In this document: piece by piece, positions 52,738-64,000 of the stretch
Layout of the letters: each line of letters starts with the position of its first letter
Numbering within the stretch: position 1 is the first letter of the stretch
Source of the DNA: Chiloscyllium plagiosum
Taxonomy: Eukaryota
NCBI RefSeq assembly: GCF_004010195.1
Contig: NC_057719.1
Coordinates: 26,064,231 to 26,128,230 of the forward strand
Length of the DNA: 64,000 nt
Reading direction: 5' to 3'
The notes under the pieces: generated by a model
Told to the model about the DNA's origin: nothing
What the model saw: only the letters and a program-made list of their open reading frames with translations
Database searches by the model: none
Translations under genes and position numbers: made by a program

Positions 52738-53672
52738 CTGGGGTCCTCAACACTGATGCCCCGCAAGGCTGTGTATTCAGCCTCCTACTATACTCCTTAC
52801 ACACTCAGGACTGTGTGGACAAATTGAGCTCTAACTCCACTTGCATATTTGCTGATGACACGACTATAGTGTGCCTGATCTCAAACAATGACAAGACACA
52901 ATATAGGAAGGAGATAGACAATTTAGTGGCATGGTGTAAAGACAACAATCTCTCCATCAATGTCAGCAAAAATGAAGGAGCTTGTCATTGACTTCAGTTG
53001 GCAGAATTATCAACACACTCCTGTCTGAATCAATAATGTTGAGGTGGACAGACTCAAGAGCTTTAAGTTCCTAGGTATAAATATCACCCAACAATCTGAC
53101 CTGGTTCATCTATGTCAATGCTACGGTTAAGAAAACACACTAATGCCTCTACTTCCTCTGAAGGCTAAGGAAATTTGGCATGCCCACAATGATTTTTACC
53201 AATTTTTGTAGATGCACCACAGAAAGCATCATGACTGGATCTATCTCAGCTTGTTACGACAACTGCTCTGCCCAAGACTGCAAGCAACTACAGAGAGTTG
53301 TGAATGCAACCCAGTCCATCATGAAAACCAGACTTCCTTCCAGTGGCTCCATCTACACTTCCTGCTGCCTCGGGAAAGCAGCCAATGTAATCAAAGGACC
53401 CTCCCATCCCAGTTATACTCTCTTTCATCCTCTTCCTTGGGCAGAAGATACAAAAGTTTTAAAACGTACCAACAGAATAGCTTCTTCCCCGCTGTTATCA
53501 AATTTATGAACAGACATCTCATACATTAGAGTTGATCTTTCTCTGCACCTTCTCTGTAGCTGTAACACTATATTCTGCATTCTATTACCCTGATGTACTT
53601 ACGCAAGGTCTGACTTGTATGGTTCGCACACAAAACAATACTTTACGTGTGAAAATAATAAATCAAATCAAT
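52738..53672 (+). mobile_element. Rex1/Babar LINE 3' fragment
   Basis: APQGCVFS, FADDTT; aatca-type tail. Confidence 0.85.
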
Positions 53673-54224
53673 TTGACAGTGTCCATCTGGTGCAATTGCA
53701 CACCAGCAGAGGTGGAAATGCTCATCCCTGCCGGAACTTCTGCTGGTGCCACATTGAAAGCTAATTGCACATTACTTCAGACACTGCAAGCCTGAAGTTG
53801 CCCTTTGCTCAGCGTTGCTGAACAATTCTCACAGAGGACATGGTCCAGAAGGGATAACCCACATTCCCATTTTTTCAGACAGGGACCTTGAATGGAGTGA
53901 TCAAAAGAGGGCTGTCCTCTAGCCTGTAGATCAGTGATAGGATTAGGGTTAAGGTTATCACCATCGGGCCTAGCCTGTCTGAACCCAGATATAGGCCCAG
54001 ATCAAAGCCATTACCATAGTTAGCAAAACATCCAGCAACAATGGAAAATGACCAATAATATCCTGAACTCGGCAAAGGTAAGTGCCACCATCTTGCCTCT
54101 GCTACCTCACACTGATAGGCCCAATGCTAACTCTAACACTGCCACTGCAGACAGATCACACCAAGGCTGATGGACTACTCTCATGATTGCCTGGAACATG
54201 TGCACTCACCAGCTCCCACCCTTT

Positions 54225-54710
54225 CATAGATTCCCTATAGTGCAGATGGAAGCCATTTGGCCCATTAACCCTCTAAAGAGAAACCCACCCAGCCCCAGCC
54301 CATCCTTATAACCCTGCATTTCCCATGGCTAATCCACCTAGCTTGCATATCCCTGGACACGATGGGCAATTTAGCATGGCCAATCCACCTAGCCTGCACA
54401 TCTTTGGACTGTGGGAGGAAACTGGAGCACCCAGAGGAAACCCACGCAGACACGGGGAGAACATGCAAACTTATTAATGTTGATCTTGTCTAGTGCACAT
54501 CCTATTTTTCACCCTACGATCCATATGTCCTTGCTTTCTATGATCTATCTGTACTTGCAAACAAAGCTTTTCACTATACTTAGGTACATTTGACAATAAA
54601 TCAAACCAATTCAATTCAAGACCACACAGACAGTCTCCTAAGGCTGGAATTGAACCCTGGTCCTAGGCACTGTGAGGCAGCAGTGCTAACCACTGCATCA
54701 CCATTCCACC
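54225..54710 (-). mobile_element. HE1-type V-SINE interrupted by a Rex1 3' tail (~54473-54620, +)
   Basis: V domain at 54400-54470 resumes at cacacagacagt (~54623). The insert matches the Rex 3' UTR and ends caattcaattcaa. Confidence 0.8.
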
Positions 54711-54771
54711 CTTCCCAAAGTACAAATCTCAGCAAACTCCTGACAAGGTCCTTAGCCATTTGCTCACTGTG

Positions 54772-55129
54772 CAATAAAACAAAGAATTGTGGATGCTGGA
54801 GATCTGAAATAAAAACAGAAATTGCTGGTGGAGCTCAGTGAACCAGGCAGCATCTGTGGGAAGAAACCAATGGCATGAAATGTTAACTCTGCTTTCTTCC
54901 CACAGATGCTGCCTGACCTGAGTTCCATAAGTAAATTCTGTTTTTGTTCCAGATCACCAGCATCAACAATTCTTCATTTTATTACACAGTGAGCAGCTGG
55001 CTAAGGATAAACTGCCTTATCTTGTGATTGCTGAGATTAGAATTTGGGAAGGGTGCCATGGTGGTTCAATAGTTGGCACTGCTGCCTCATAGCACCCAGA
55101 ACCTGAGTTCAATCCCAGCCTTGGGTGGT
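54772..55129. mobile_element. Older PLE-derived palindromic element plus inverted copy of its left flank
   Basis: Element arms ~54772-54868 / ~54890-54985; 54986-55125 is the reverse complement of ~54637-54771; direct repeat tttgctcactgtg at 54759-54771 and 55130-55142. Confidence 0.75.
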
Positions 55130-55189
55130 TTTGCTCACTGTGTAGGCTTGCTGCTGTGACAAGGCATATCAAGTTTACCTTGCATGATA

Positions 55190-56045
55190 AAGAATATCCT
55201 GATTAAAACATCATTTGTTGTATGTCACAAAAACTCATGAAGTAACCCTCGATGTCAGATTACCCTGGAAGTGGAAAGTGTCTCAAAATCTGAGTAACAG
55301 GGGAAGTGAGTTGTCTCACATTGCTGCAATGCAGTAAGTCCATGTGGTTTTTTTTATCAGCTGCTTCTGTCAAGCCAAAAAGAAGTTTTACCTCCACAAA
55401 GAAGAGTAATGTGTTATATGAGTTTCAGTGCCAGTGCAATGCCTGGTATATAGGCCATATATCCTAATGTCTGGTGGACTGTATCAAACAACATGTCCTG
55501 TTGACAATCTGCAGTGGCAGTAAACTACTTTTGCTCAACCAACCTGTGCTCACAAAGTTCAGAAAGGTCTATCCACCATTAGATGTGATTTTGCGGTTTG
55601 AAACAAATTATTAAATAACCTGGACTGTGGTAGAATTTGCATCGGAAACCAGTTTAAGATCATCAGCTGAACTCACAGTATGATGTATTTGCACATGTCT
55701 GAGGCTACATACATCAATACTTGGGACCCTGTTATGCATAGGCAAAGGAACATACATTGCACTTTAGTATATACATTGCTGCATCTTTTTTTCAAAAACA
55801 TGGGGTCTTGGAGACATTCATACACAGGTGCATCTACATTGCAATGCCCTGACCGACAGGAATCTCCTTGTTTGGTCTGAGAATGAAGATTGATAATTCA
55901 CTGTTCTTGCTGCATCATCATACTAATTAAGGCCCAATCAATCAGCTCTCTCTCTCATCATCCAGTATGAAATGGTGTTTCCTTCTTCCCATCTGTTTCT
56001 TGCATTCTGGTTCCAATGAGCACAAGATAAAAAGCTTCAACTTCT
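55190..56045 (+). mobile_element. Penelope-like element 3' part (GIY-YIG endonuclease remnant)
   Basis: KSNVLYEFQCQCNAWYIG....L...IKQHV at ~55402-55497; possible decayed hammerhead ccaatgagcacaagataaaaagcttc at ~56013-56038. Confidence 0.7.
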
Positions 56046-56419
56046 AGTCTCCTTTTAGCAATGTTTCATTTCCGTACTGACAAACATTTATTTGTATGCA
56101 GTGTTGACCTTCACATATCAAATTGACTATTATTTTAGCAGTAGGATCTGATTGGGTTGGTACCATTTCAGAGTTAAGCAGTTCTTCATATATCTCAAGG
56201 ATGACTGAAGTTCTATTGTTGAAGTATTGCTCATATCTGAGAAGTATGCCAGATAACAGCAGATGTCCAACCCTTATGTTCTTGGGTACAGCCAAGGTTT
56301 TGCACTTCAATGAGCACTGAGGGCAAAGGTCATATACATGCATTGTGATAGAGCCAGAGCTCTATTCATGTTCCTTTGCAAATCTATGAGATGGGTCTGT
56401 GAACCTGGCAGGAGCATTG

Positions 56420-57247
56420 GTCTTCCACCAAAAGTTTATTTACAACTCCCATTACTACCACTTTTTGTATTTTAACAACTGATGTTCCTTGACTATGCAC
56501 TTGCTTAAAAGCTGTGGGTTTATGAAGGCCATCTTAGGAGCAGGAGTAGGCCATTCAACCCCTTGTGCCTCTTCCACCATTTAATAATGATCTGAGGCCT
56601 AACTCCATTGAATTGAAACCTCAGACCTGAACTATTGGAGTTGATTTTTTTTTGCACAGAGAATGGTTACCTGGTGAATACAGCTTGCTGCTTACCTCTC
56701 TGAGCTTCCATTTAGCAACATGTCATTTCATGTTCGATGGACAATGTCCACTAGCAGCCTTCATTCACAAGTATTATCATTGACAAACCAGTAAGGTGTC
56801 AGTGAGCTGGTACATGCAGTGGTGAAATGCTGAAGTGTATTATTCTGTACTAGTTCGATATTAGCCCTGAGGCTGCTGGTTTGTCAATGATGATGATTGT
56901 GAATGAAGGCTGCTAGTGGACATTGTCCATCGAACATGAAATGACATGTTGGTAAATGGAAGCTCAGAGAGGTAAGCAGCAAGCTGCATTCACCAGGTAA
57001 CCATTCTCTGTGCAAAAACAAATCAACTCCAATAGTTCAGGTCTGAGGTTTCAATTCAATGGAGTTAGGCCTCAGATCATTATTAAATGGTGGAAGAGGC
57101 ACAAGGGGTTGAATTGCCTACTCCTGCTCCTAAGGTGGCCTTCATAAACCCACAGCTTTTAAGCAAGTGCATAGTCAAGGAGCATCAGTTGTTAAAATAC
57201 AAAAAGTGGTTGTAATGGGAGTTGTAAATAAACTTTGGGTGGAAGAC
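56420..57247. repeat. Long inverted repeat: 372-bp arms, 84-bp spacer
   Basis: 56420-56791 is the reverse complement of 56876-57247, with about 11 substitutions and no indels by manual comparison. Confidence 0.95.
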
Positions 57248-57249
57248 AG

Positions 57250-57657
57250 ACAGACTGGAGTTCACTGGAGTTTGAAGAATGAAACCTATAAAATTCTAAC
57301 AAGAATTCTACATCGGATAAATGCAGGAAGGATATTCCCGAGACCAGAACCAGTGGTCACTGTCCAAGGAATACATGTTAGGCCACTTACAACTGAGATG
57401 AGAAGAAATTTCTTCACCCAGACAGCAGTGAGCCTGTCAAATTCTCTGCCATGGAAAGAGATTCAGGCCAAAATAGTCAATGTTTTTTATGAAGGTGTTA
57501 GATTCACTTCTTAGGGTTAAAGGGATCAACGGCTATGGGAAGAAAATGGGAACAAGGTCATGAGTTAGGTGTTCAGGCATGATCGTGTTGGTTGGGACAG
57601 TAGTCTCAAAGGGCCAAATAGCCTCTTCCTGCTCCTGTTTTCTATGTTTCTATGTTA
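57250..57657 (+). mobile_element. CR1 3' fragment
   Basis: ETYKIL..EMRRNFFTQ; (ttctatgt) tail. Confidence 0.8.
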
Positions 57658-57729
57658 ACCATCCTATCTGTCAAACTGCAGGCTCTAGGTATTGAAGCTG
57701 AGTGCACGAGAAGAACTGAAAGGGGAAGA

Positions 57730-58900
57730 GTTACGGAGTAGGGATTTCCTTTTGGTATCTCACCAGTGAAGTTGCATAAACACCTGGAGTCTGCCTGACT
57801 TTCATCTTATGTTTATATACGGATCCCATTACCATCACTTTCTTGCGAAAAAGCTGCTCCTTTAACAAGGTGATGTTGTCCTTGGTTTCCTTTTCAGAAA
57901 GGTCGTAAAAGACACAGACTCTGAAAAGTCTAAGTGGAAGGGTTTCAGGGTGAGTTTGATTATAGCTAACAGATACTGCCTCATGCAAAAGGCTTTCAAC
58001 TTTTAAAAAAAACTTATACAATGAAAGGGGAGTGGCCAGTTCTCCCAGCTAAGCTTTTCTCTGGTTTGGTTTTGGTTTAGCAGGCAGGACTCAGGGAGCT
58101 GCTGGACCCAAGAAGTAAGTCCATGCTGATTTCTTTCTGACTTCTCTTCTGTCAGATCCTGTGTTTAATTTTACCTTTAGTGCCAAGGGGTGTTTATGGG
58201 GATTGTTGCAAATATTTGGAGCAGCATGATTTGTTGGGCTAATCTGTTGGTTTTTTGGATAGGTTGTTATTCGGTATTCTGTTGTCTTTTGTTTGTGTTT
58301 CCTTCAGTAATCTTGTAAATAAATTTGATTTTGCTTAAAACTAAGTGGTTTGACCCGCTGCATCTCTCCTGGAATATCCACTGTACACCTACTTAAAACA
58401 ACTAGCGGTGTTAGGGGCTGGGCTACCTTCTTATAGAAAAGTACAGCACAGAACAGGCCCTTAGGCCCATGATGTTGTGCCGAGACTTAATCCTAATGTA
58501 AAATGTAGTAACTTAACCTATGCACCCCTCAACACACTGCTATCCATGTGCATGTCCAGCAGTCGCTTAAATGTCCCCAATGACTTCGCTTCCACCACCT
58601 CAACTGGCAACACATTCCATGCATTCACAACTCTCTGCATAAAGAACCTACCTCTGACGTCTCCTTTATACCTTCCTCTTAATATCTTCAAACTATGACT
58701 TCTCGTACCAGTCAATCCTGCCCTGGGGAAAAGTCTTTGGCTATTGACTCTATCTATTCCTCTCATTATTTTGTACACCTCGATCAGGTCTCCTCTCTTC
58801 CTCCTTCTCTCCAGAGAGAAAGGTCCGAGCTTAGTCAACCTTTCTTCATAAGGCAAGCCCTCTTGAAATGTTTTGAGGGGTCTGGCCTGGTCCATAATGT
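57730..58900 (+). mobile_element. Probable solo LTR, interrupted by CR1 (58433-58860, minus)
   Basis: gttacgg... start, internal aataaa (~58318), ...ggtccataa end; termini are imperfect. The CR1 insert is clear from ORF 58518-58907. Confidence 0.45.
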
Positions 58901-59071
58901 TCTGCATTGCACCATCATCCCTTTTGAGATTTAATCAGCGTGCTCTCTAAATAAAAACACAGACCCTTCCCTTTTGTTATTGTCATGCTCTATTTTCCTC
59001 TGGCTTCATACTGTTTACTTATTCATTCATGGGATTCATGTGCCAGAATTTATTGCCTATTATGAATAGCA

Positions 59072-59304
59072 CTGAAAATGTGTTGCTAGAAAAGCGCAGC
59101 AGGTCAGGCAGCATCCAAGGAGCAGGAGAATCGACGTTTCGGGCATGAGCCCTTCTTTAGGAATGCCCTTCTTCTCGATTCCTGAAGAAGGGCTCATGCC
59201 CGAAACGTCGATTCTCCTGTTCCTTGGATGCTGCCTGACCTGCTGCGCTTTTCCAGCAACACATTTTCAGCTCTGATCTCCAGCATCTGCAGTCCTCACT
59301 TTCT
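59072..59304. mobile_element. Young palindromic family A copy with two opposed hammerhead motifs
   Basis: CTGAAGAAGGGCTCATGCCCGAAACGTC at 59182-59209 (+) and a G5-mutated copy at 59133-59160 (-). TSD cctat(t/c)atgaatagca at 59056-59071 and 59305-59320. Confidence 0.88.
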
Positions 59305-61497
59305 CCTATCATGAATAGCAAACCTGTTTAGAAACAGTAACATCTCACACATAAGTTGTTTCTGATGAAACATCATGTATCAGAAATGTTAACTCGCTGT
59401 CCCGTTTTCCACAGATGCTGCCCAACCTGCTGCGTGTTTCCAGCATTTTTGGTTTTCACTTTAAAAAAATGATGCTGTCTCTGTTTGAAGTGCTTCCTGT
59501 ATTGGACTCTCTGTCACAGAGCTTTCACAAAACAATATAATGTGAGAAGGAATGCAATGGCAAAATTAAATGGTTTCTGATACAGAAGTCCAAAACAAAT
59601 ATATTTAAGTACTGCCAACTTTGCATCAATTAAATAAAGTTACAACTTCACTTGTTAAACTATGACGTATTTTAAACTGACTTTTCCTGGCGCAAAGATT
59701 AAATCTCATAATTAGTATGGAAAACCTTGTTTCCCTTTTTCTGCACCTCATAAACTTCTTTGTGTGGGCTTATACTTCAAAAATTAAAGTAATTAACTGC
59801 TCCCAAATTGCATTAGTGATGCATTTGATTTTTATGATATGCTAATTTCTCTATGCAAGATGATATCTTACAGATAGATCAGTTTAAAAATGATTAAACC
59901 ATTGAACTAATTAAAATCAATCATAACTTTTTGATCCACTGTCAGGCGGAGATAGTATGCCGTTGTGAGATAAGACACTTTGGAACAGGGCAGAGAAAAA
60001 CATCATTATGATTTAGTCTTTTCAAGGCAGTTGAAGATCTGCAAAGTGTACATATTGGAAATGAAAATAAGAAGTGCATGCAGGATATAGCAAAGAGGAA
60101 AGTTGAAAGAGTTCTCATGTTAATAAGTGGACTGGCCAAAATCATGTCGAAATAATTTTGGGATGACAATAAACAATAAGCAAACAAAAAAACAAAAAAT
60201 GCTGGAGAAACTGAGCAGGTCTGGCAGCACCTGTGGAGAGTGAGAGAAATAGTTAATGGATTGGATCTTTACGTTTTTTTGGTAAAACCATTTTACTCTG
60301 AGTTTCCTGTCAGATGATTGGTCACGGCCCGTATTGGGATGCTTCTCAGGTAACTGTCTGCTGTTCAGCTCGCTAATTTGTCAAGCTGCATCTTTGGTGC
60401 CCAGCTCAGGTTATTGTTTGGCAGATGTGACAGAGCTGCTCACTGCTGCTGGGATGTTGCCATGCTCATGCTGCTGGCTCCAGCTCCTGATGTGCACTTC
60501 CAATGCTCCAAAGCAGGAAGGCTGCTGTTTCACCATTATAACCAAGCAATTGACCCAGAAAGGGAACACAGCACCCCTGTTTGTCGGATAGAGACCTGAA
60601 AACTTTGGATGACAGAAGGACAGGGCTGTTTCCTCCAGACTGTCAAAAGTAGATTATACCGCAATCACAGCCAGAGTGGAGGAAGGTCGTCCCCCAGGTT
60701 GGTACTCTGCCCAGTGTGAAAATTAATGCACAACAGTACTGTCAAAAGGTGAATGACCTGCTGTGCTCTGCAAGATAAAGTGAAATTATTCTGTCTCTGC
60801 TCCCTCGCACATGGCCACCAGATGTTGGAAATCTGAAACAAAAGCAAAAATTGCTGGAGAAACTCAGCAGGTCTGCCACACCTCTCTTACCAAGGCTCCT
60901 GGACTACACCCCACACTACTGCATGCATCATGTCCATTCAATGCCTCTCCCCAACTCCGCTTATCTTTCCAACAGACTAAACTTTTCCCAACTTGGTCAG
61001 CTCACCACCTCTCCCCACAATTCTATTATGTTCAAAGCTTCACGTTGTAGGAAAAACTGTGGTATAAGAGCATGGGGATGGCAGATATTCCTCACCCAGC
61101 AAGAGAAAATGGTGCTGATGTTGGCTGGAGAAGATGGTGACCGCTTGTGTGGGCTTCTGAGACCTCTCTATCCAGTTAAATGAGAGAACTTCATTGTGCT
61201 GTGCAACACTGCTCACCAATTAATACAAGCAAGAACGCATTCTTATCACAAACAACTGACTTACATAACTGCTTCTCCCTATTCTCTTATGCAGGCATTT
61301 GTGAAACTCAATGGCCTTGGACAAAAAGGAGGTCAATGCCAATCTCCATCCCCAGCCCTGAGGAGGAAGCCACTCAATGATGCACCAGCAAGGCTTTTCC
61401 CTGCAGCCTCTACTATCTCAGTAACTTTTTGCCCAGGTTGTGGTGGGGATTTCTTACCAGATTAAAGTGGGATCACAACCTGGAAAGCACATCATTG

Positions 61498-61626
61498 AAT
61501 CCTGATGAAGAGCTTATGCCCAAAACATCGATTCTCCTGTTCCTCGGATGCTGCCTGACCTGCTGTGCTTTTCCAGGACCACACTCTTGACTCTGACCTC
61601 CAGCATTTGCAATCCTCACTTTTTCC
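61498..61626 (+). mobile_element. Family A copy
   Basis: TSD aagcacatcattg at 61485-61497 and 61627-61639. Confidence 0.8.
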
Positions 61627-62034
61627 AAGCACATCATTGGCATATCTTATCCGAGATGAGGCCAAATTGCTTCACTTAGATGGTTGTGAATCTTTGGCAC
61701 TCTCTACCCATGAGGGCTATGAATGTTCAGCCTTTGAGTGTTATTGGGACTGAGATCAAGTGGTTTTTGGACAATAAAGGAATCAAGAAAAATAGGGATA
61801 GTGCAGAAATCTAGACTTGACGTAGAAACCTAGGGATTTGGAGCATTTAAGGATGACATTTCTGCTACTATTTCTTTTGTTCTTGTGCCATGTGGTACAA
61901 ATTTGTCTTCCAGGAATCTGGAAAATAGGACATGAGCCATTGGCTTGATGTGAAAATGGCAAGGGGGCACATCAAAGCTGTCTTACTGAATAAAGGCTGC
62001 TCTAATCAAACATTACTCATGCACACTCAGAACC

Positions 62035-62453
62035 GGTCAGGTTGGGACATTTCTCTCTCTGGAGCGTAGGAGATTTAAGGGTGACTTTATAAAGTTTTAT
62101 AAAATCATGAGAGGTGTCGATAAGGTGAATAGCAAAGGTCTTTTCCCTAGCATAGGGGAATTCAAAAGTAGAGGGTATAGGTTTAAGGTGAGAGGGGAAC
62201 AATTTAAAAGGGATCTTAGGGGCAACGTTTTCTCACAGATAGTAGAGCATATATGGAATGAACTGCCAAAGGAAGTGATAGAAGCTGGTACAGTCACAAC
62301 ATTTGAAAGACCTTTGGACAGGTACATGAATAGGAACGTTTTAGGGCCAAATGCAGACAAATGGGATTAGTCTGGTTTGTAAAATCTGGTTGGCATGGAA
62401 GATTGGACCAAAAGATCTGATTTTATGCTGTATGAATCTATAACTCTATAACT
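62035..62453 (+). mobile_element. CR1 3' fragment
   Basis: ORF 62107-62370 MRGVDKV..SRGYRFKV..WNELP. Confidence 0.85.
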
Positions 62454-63879
62454 GGGCCCACTTGGGAAAGTGCAAATAGTCTCCAGTCCCTGGGGTCAAC
62501 AGCAAAAAGTAATAACACACTCAAAGTATGCAAGGTCTCCAATTTACCAAATTAACAACTTAACAGAAAACACTGACCAGGTTCCTGTACTTACGAAGAA
62601 CTATTATCTACTTAGAAATAGATAAGTTCTGGCCACAGATGAAAAACTATGTATCATCAAGATATCACTCTACTACTTGAAACTCTAACCCTACTTGGAA
62701 ACCTCTACATACATACAGACAGATAAATAAAGAAATATTGGTGTCATGAAAGGAGGGAAAAATACTTGGGAAACACAGTTCAAATGAACCAATGCAAAGG
62801 ATTCATTGAGATGTTCCTTTTGTTTCTGAAACTGCTCTGTTCTTCCATCTCTTGTTCCAGGTTCTTTTGTTTCTTTGCAGGAGGCACAAGGTGATTGGCA
62901 TACCAATTACAAAGCCTTTTCATTAATGGTTAAAAGAAACTGCTTGCAGCAACTAATGAAAGAAAATAATTTTCTTACTATAAGCTTCATGAGTGTTTAC
63001 AACAGAGAGAGAAGAGACACAAAAGACACAAAACCAAGACATCTCACTCTCTATTGCAAGCCCCCAATCTGTTTGCCTGCCCAGGAGCTAATCAGAGAGC
63101 TCTCATCATCAGACTCTGATGACTTCCAGTATCCACACTGATCACAGTTTCACAAACCAATCAGTAATCTGTTACCAGCTGAAATGCACACACCCTGTTG
63201 CCATACCATCTTATCTCTCTTCTCCCCCAACCTCCCCTACACTGTAAACATAATTCACAATGTCTTTCAGTAATGTGTTCTCAAAAATTCAGCATTTCCA
63301 TCATTTGTACTTGGTTTTAAAACTGTCTTTTTTCCCCATTTCAGTTTACAATCAAATATATTCAAAAAAAAACATATGATCTTTACAACTCAACTATTTG
63401 ATCCTGAAAATCCTCACCTTATCCTGATTCAAAGAACAGGATACTACTGTCAAGCCAAAAAGACATTTTGCCCATAAGGTATGTAGGCCATAAATCCCAA
63501 AGACTGGTGATGGTTCTTTGGCTGATCACAATAGGCAGACTACTGAGCATATTCAACCAACCTCTCCTGGCAAAACACAGAATGTACATTAAGTTAGATG
63601 TGATTCCATAGTGCTGCTTAACAATTATAAATATACTGGTAACTACAGTACCAACCAGGTTAAGATTATCAGCAAGAATCACAGTATAAGAGCAAGACAC
63701 TGCAGATGCTGGAAATCTGAAATAAAAACAGAAAGCATTGGAGAAATTCGACGAGCCTGGCAGCACCTGTGCAGAGAAAAACCAAGTTCATGTTTTGAGA
63801 CTGATATCACTCTTCTTTAGAAAAGGCCAATAAACTAGTGAGTTTTTTGATGCTGTTGACAGAGCTTAGCAGCAATGAA

Positions 63880-64000
63880 CTAGAATTAGAATTAGATTTT
63901 ATTGTCACGTGCAACTCAAGTACAGGGATACAGGAGTACAGTGAAAAGTGCATAAAGTTGCCATTCCTGGCGCCATCTTAGGTTCAAAGGTATCTAGGTA
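63880..64000 (-). mobile_element. Rex1-type LINE 3' end running off the window
   Basis: tagaattagaattagattttattgtcac tail, similar to those at 35423 and 42350. Confidence 0.55.

Overview
Repeat-dense vertebrate genomic DNA from a cartilaginous fish (shark-like; inferred from HE1/V-SINE, SacSINE1-type DeuSINE and HER1/CR1-type LINE content), with one assembly gap (20823-21503). The only host gene I can support is SLC24A4 (NCKX4) on the minus strand: coding exon 1 (18271-18430) and exon 2 (17363-17476) lie in a CpG-rich promoter region, 1-17362 is apparently intron 2, and ~19.6-64 kb is upstream intergenic DNA. The rest is mostly CR1 and Rex1/Babar LINE fragments, SINEs, Penelope-like elements (PLEs), two Gypsy remnants, a decayed ERV/Gypsy-like pol, a probable solo LTR and a Tigger-like fragment. 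Highlights: (i) many short PLE-derived insertions carrying minimal hammerhead-ribozyme motifs, with 10-16 bp TSDs and fold-back arms; (ii) one such insertion whose inverted arm runs on into host flanking DNA; (iii) a 372-bp, ~97% identical inverted repeat; (iv) a Gypsy element whose RT/RNase H/integrase core is replaced by a coiled-coil-like region. All calls were made by eye without database searches, and repeat boundaries are approximate.
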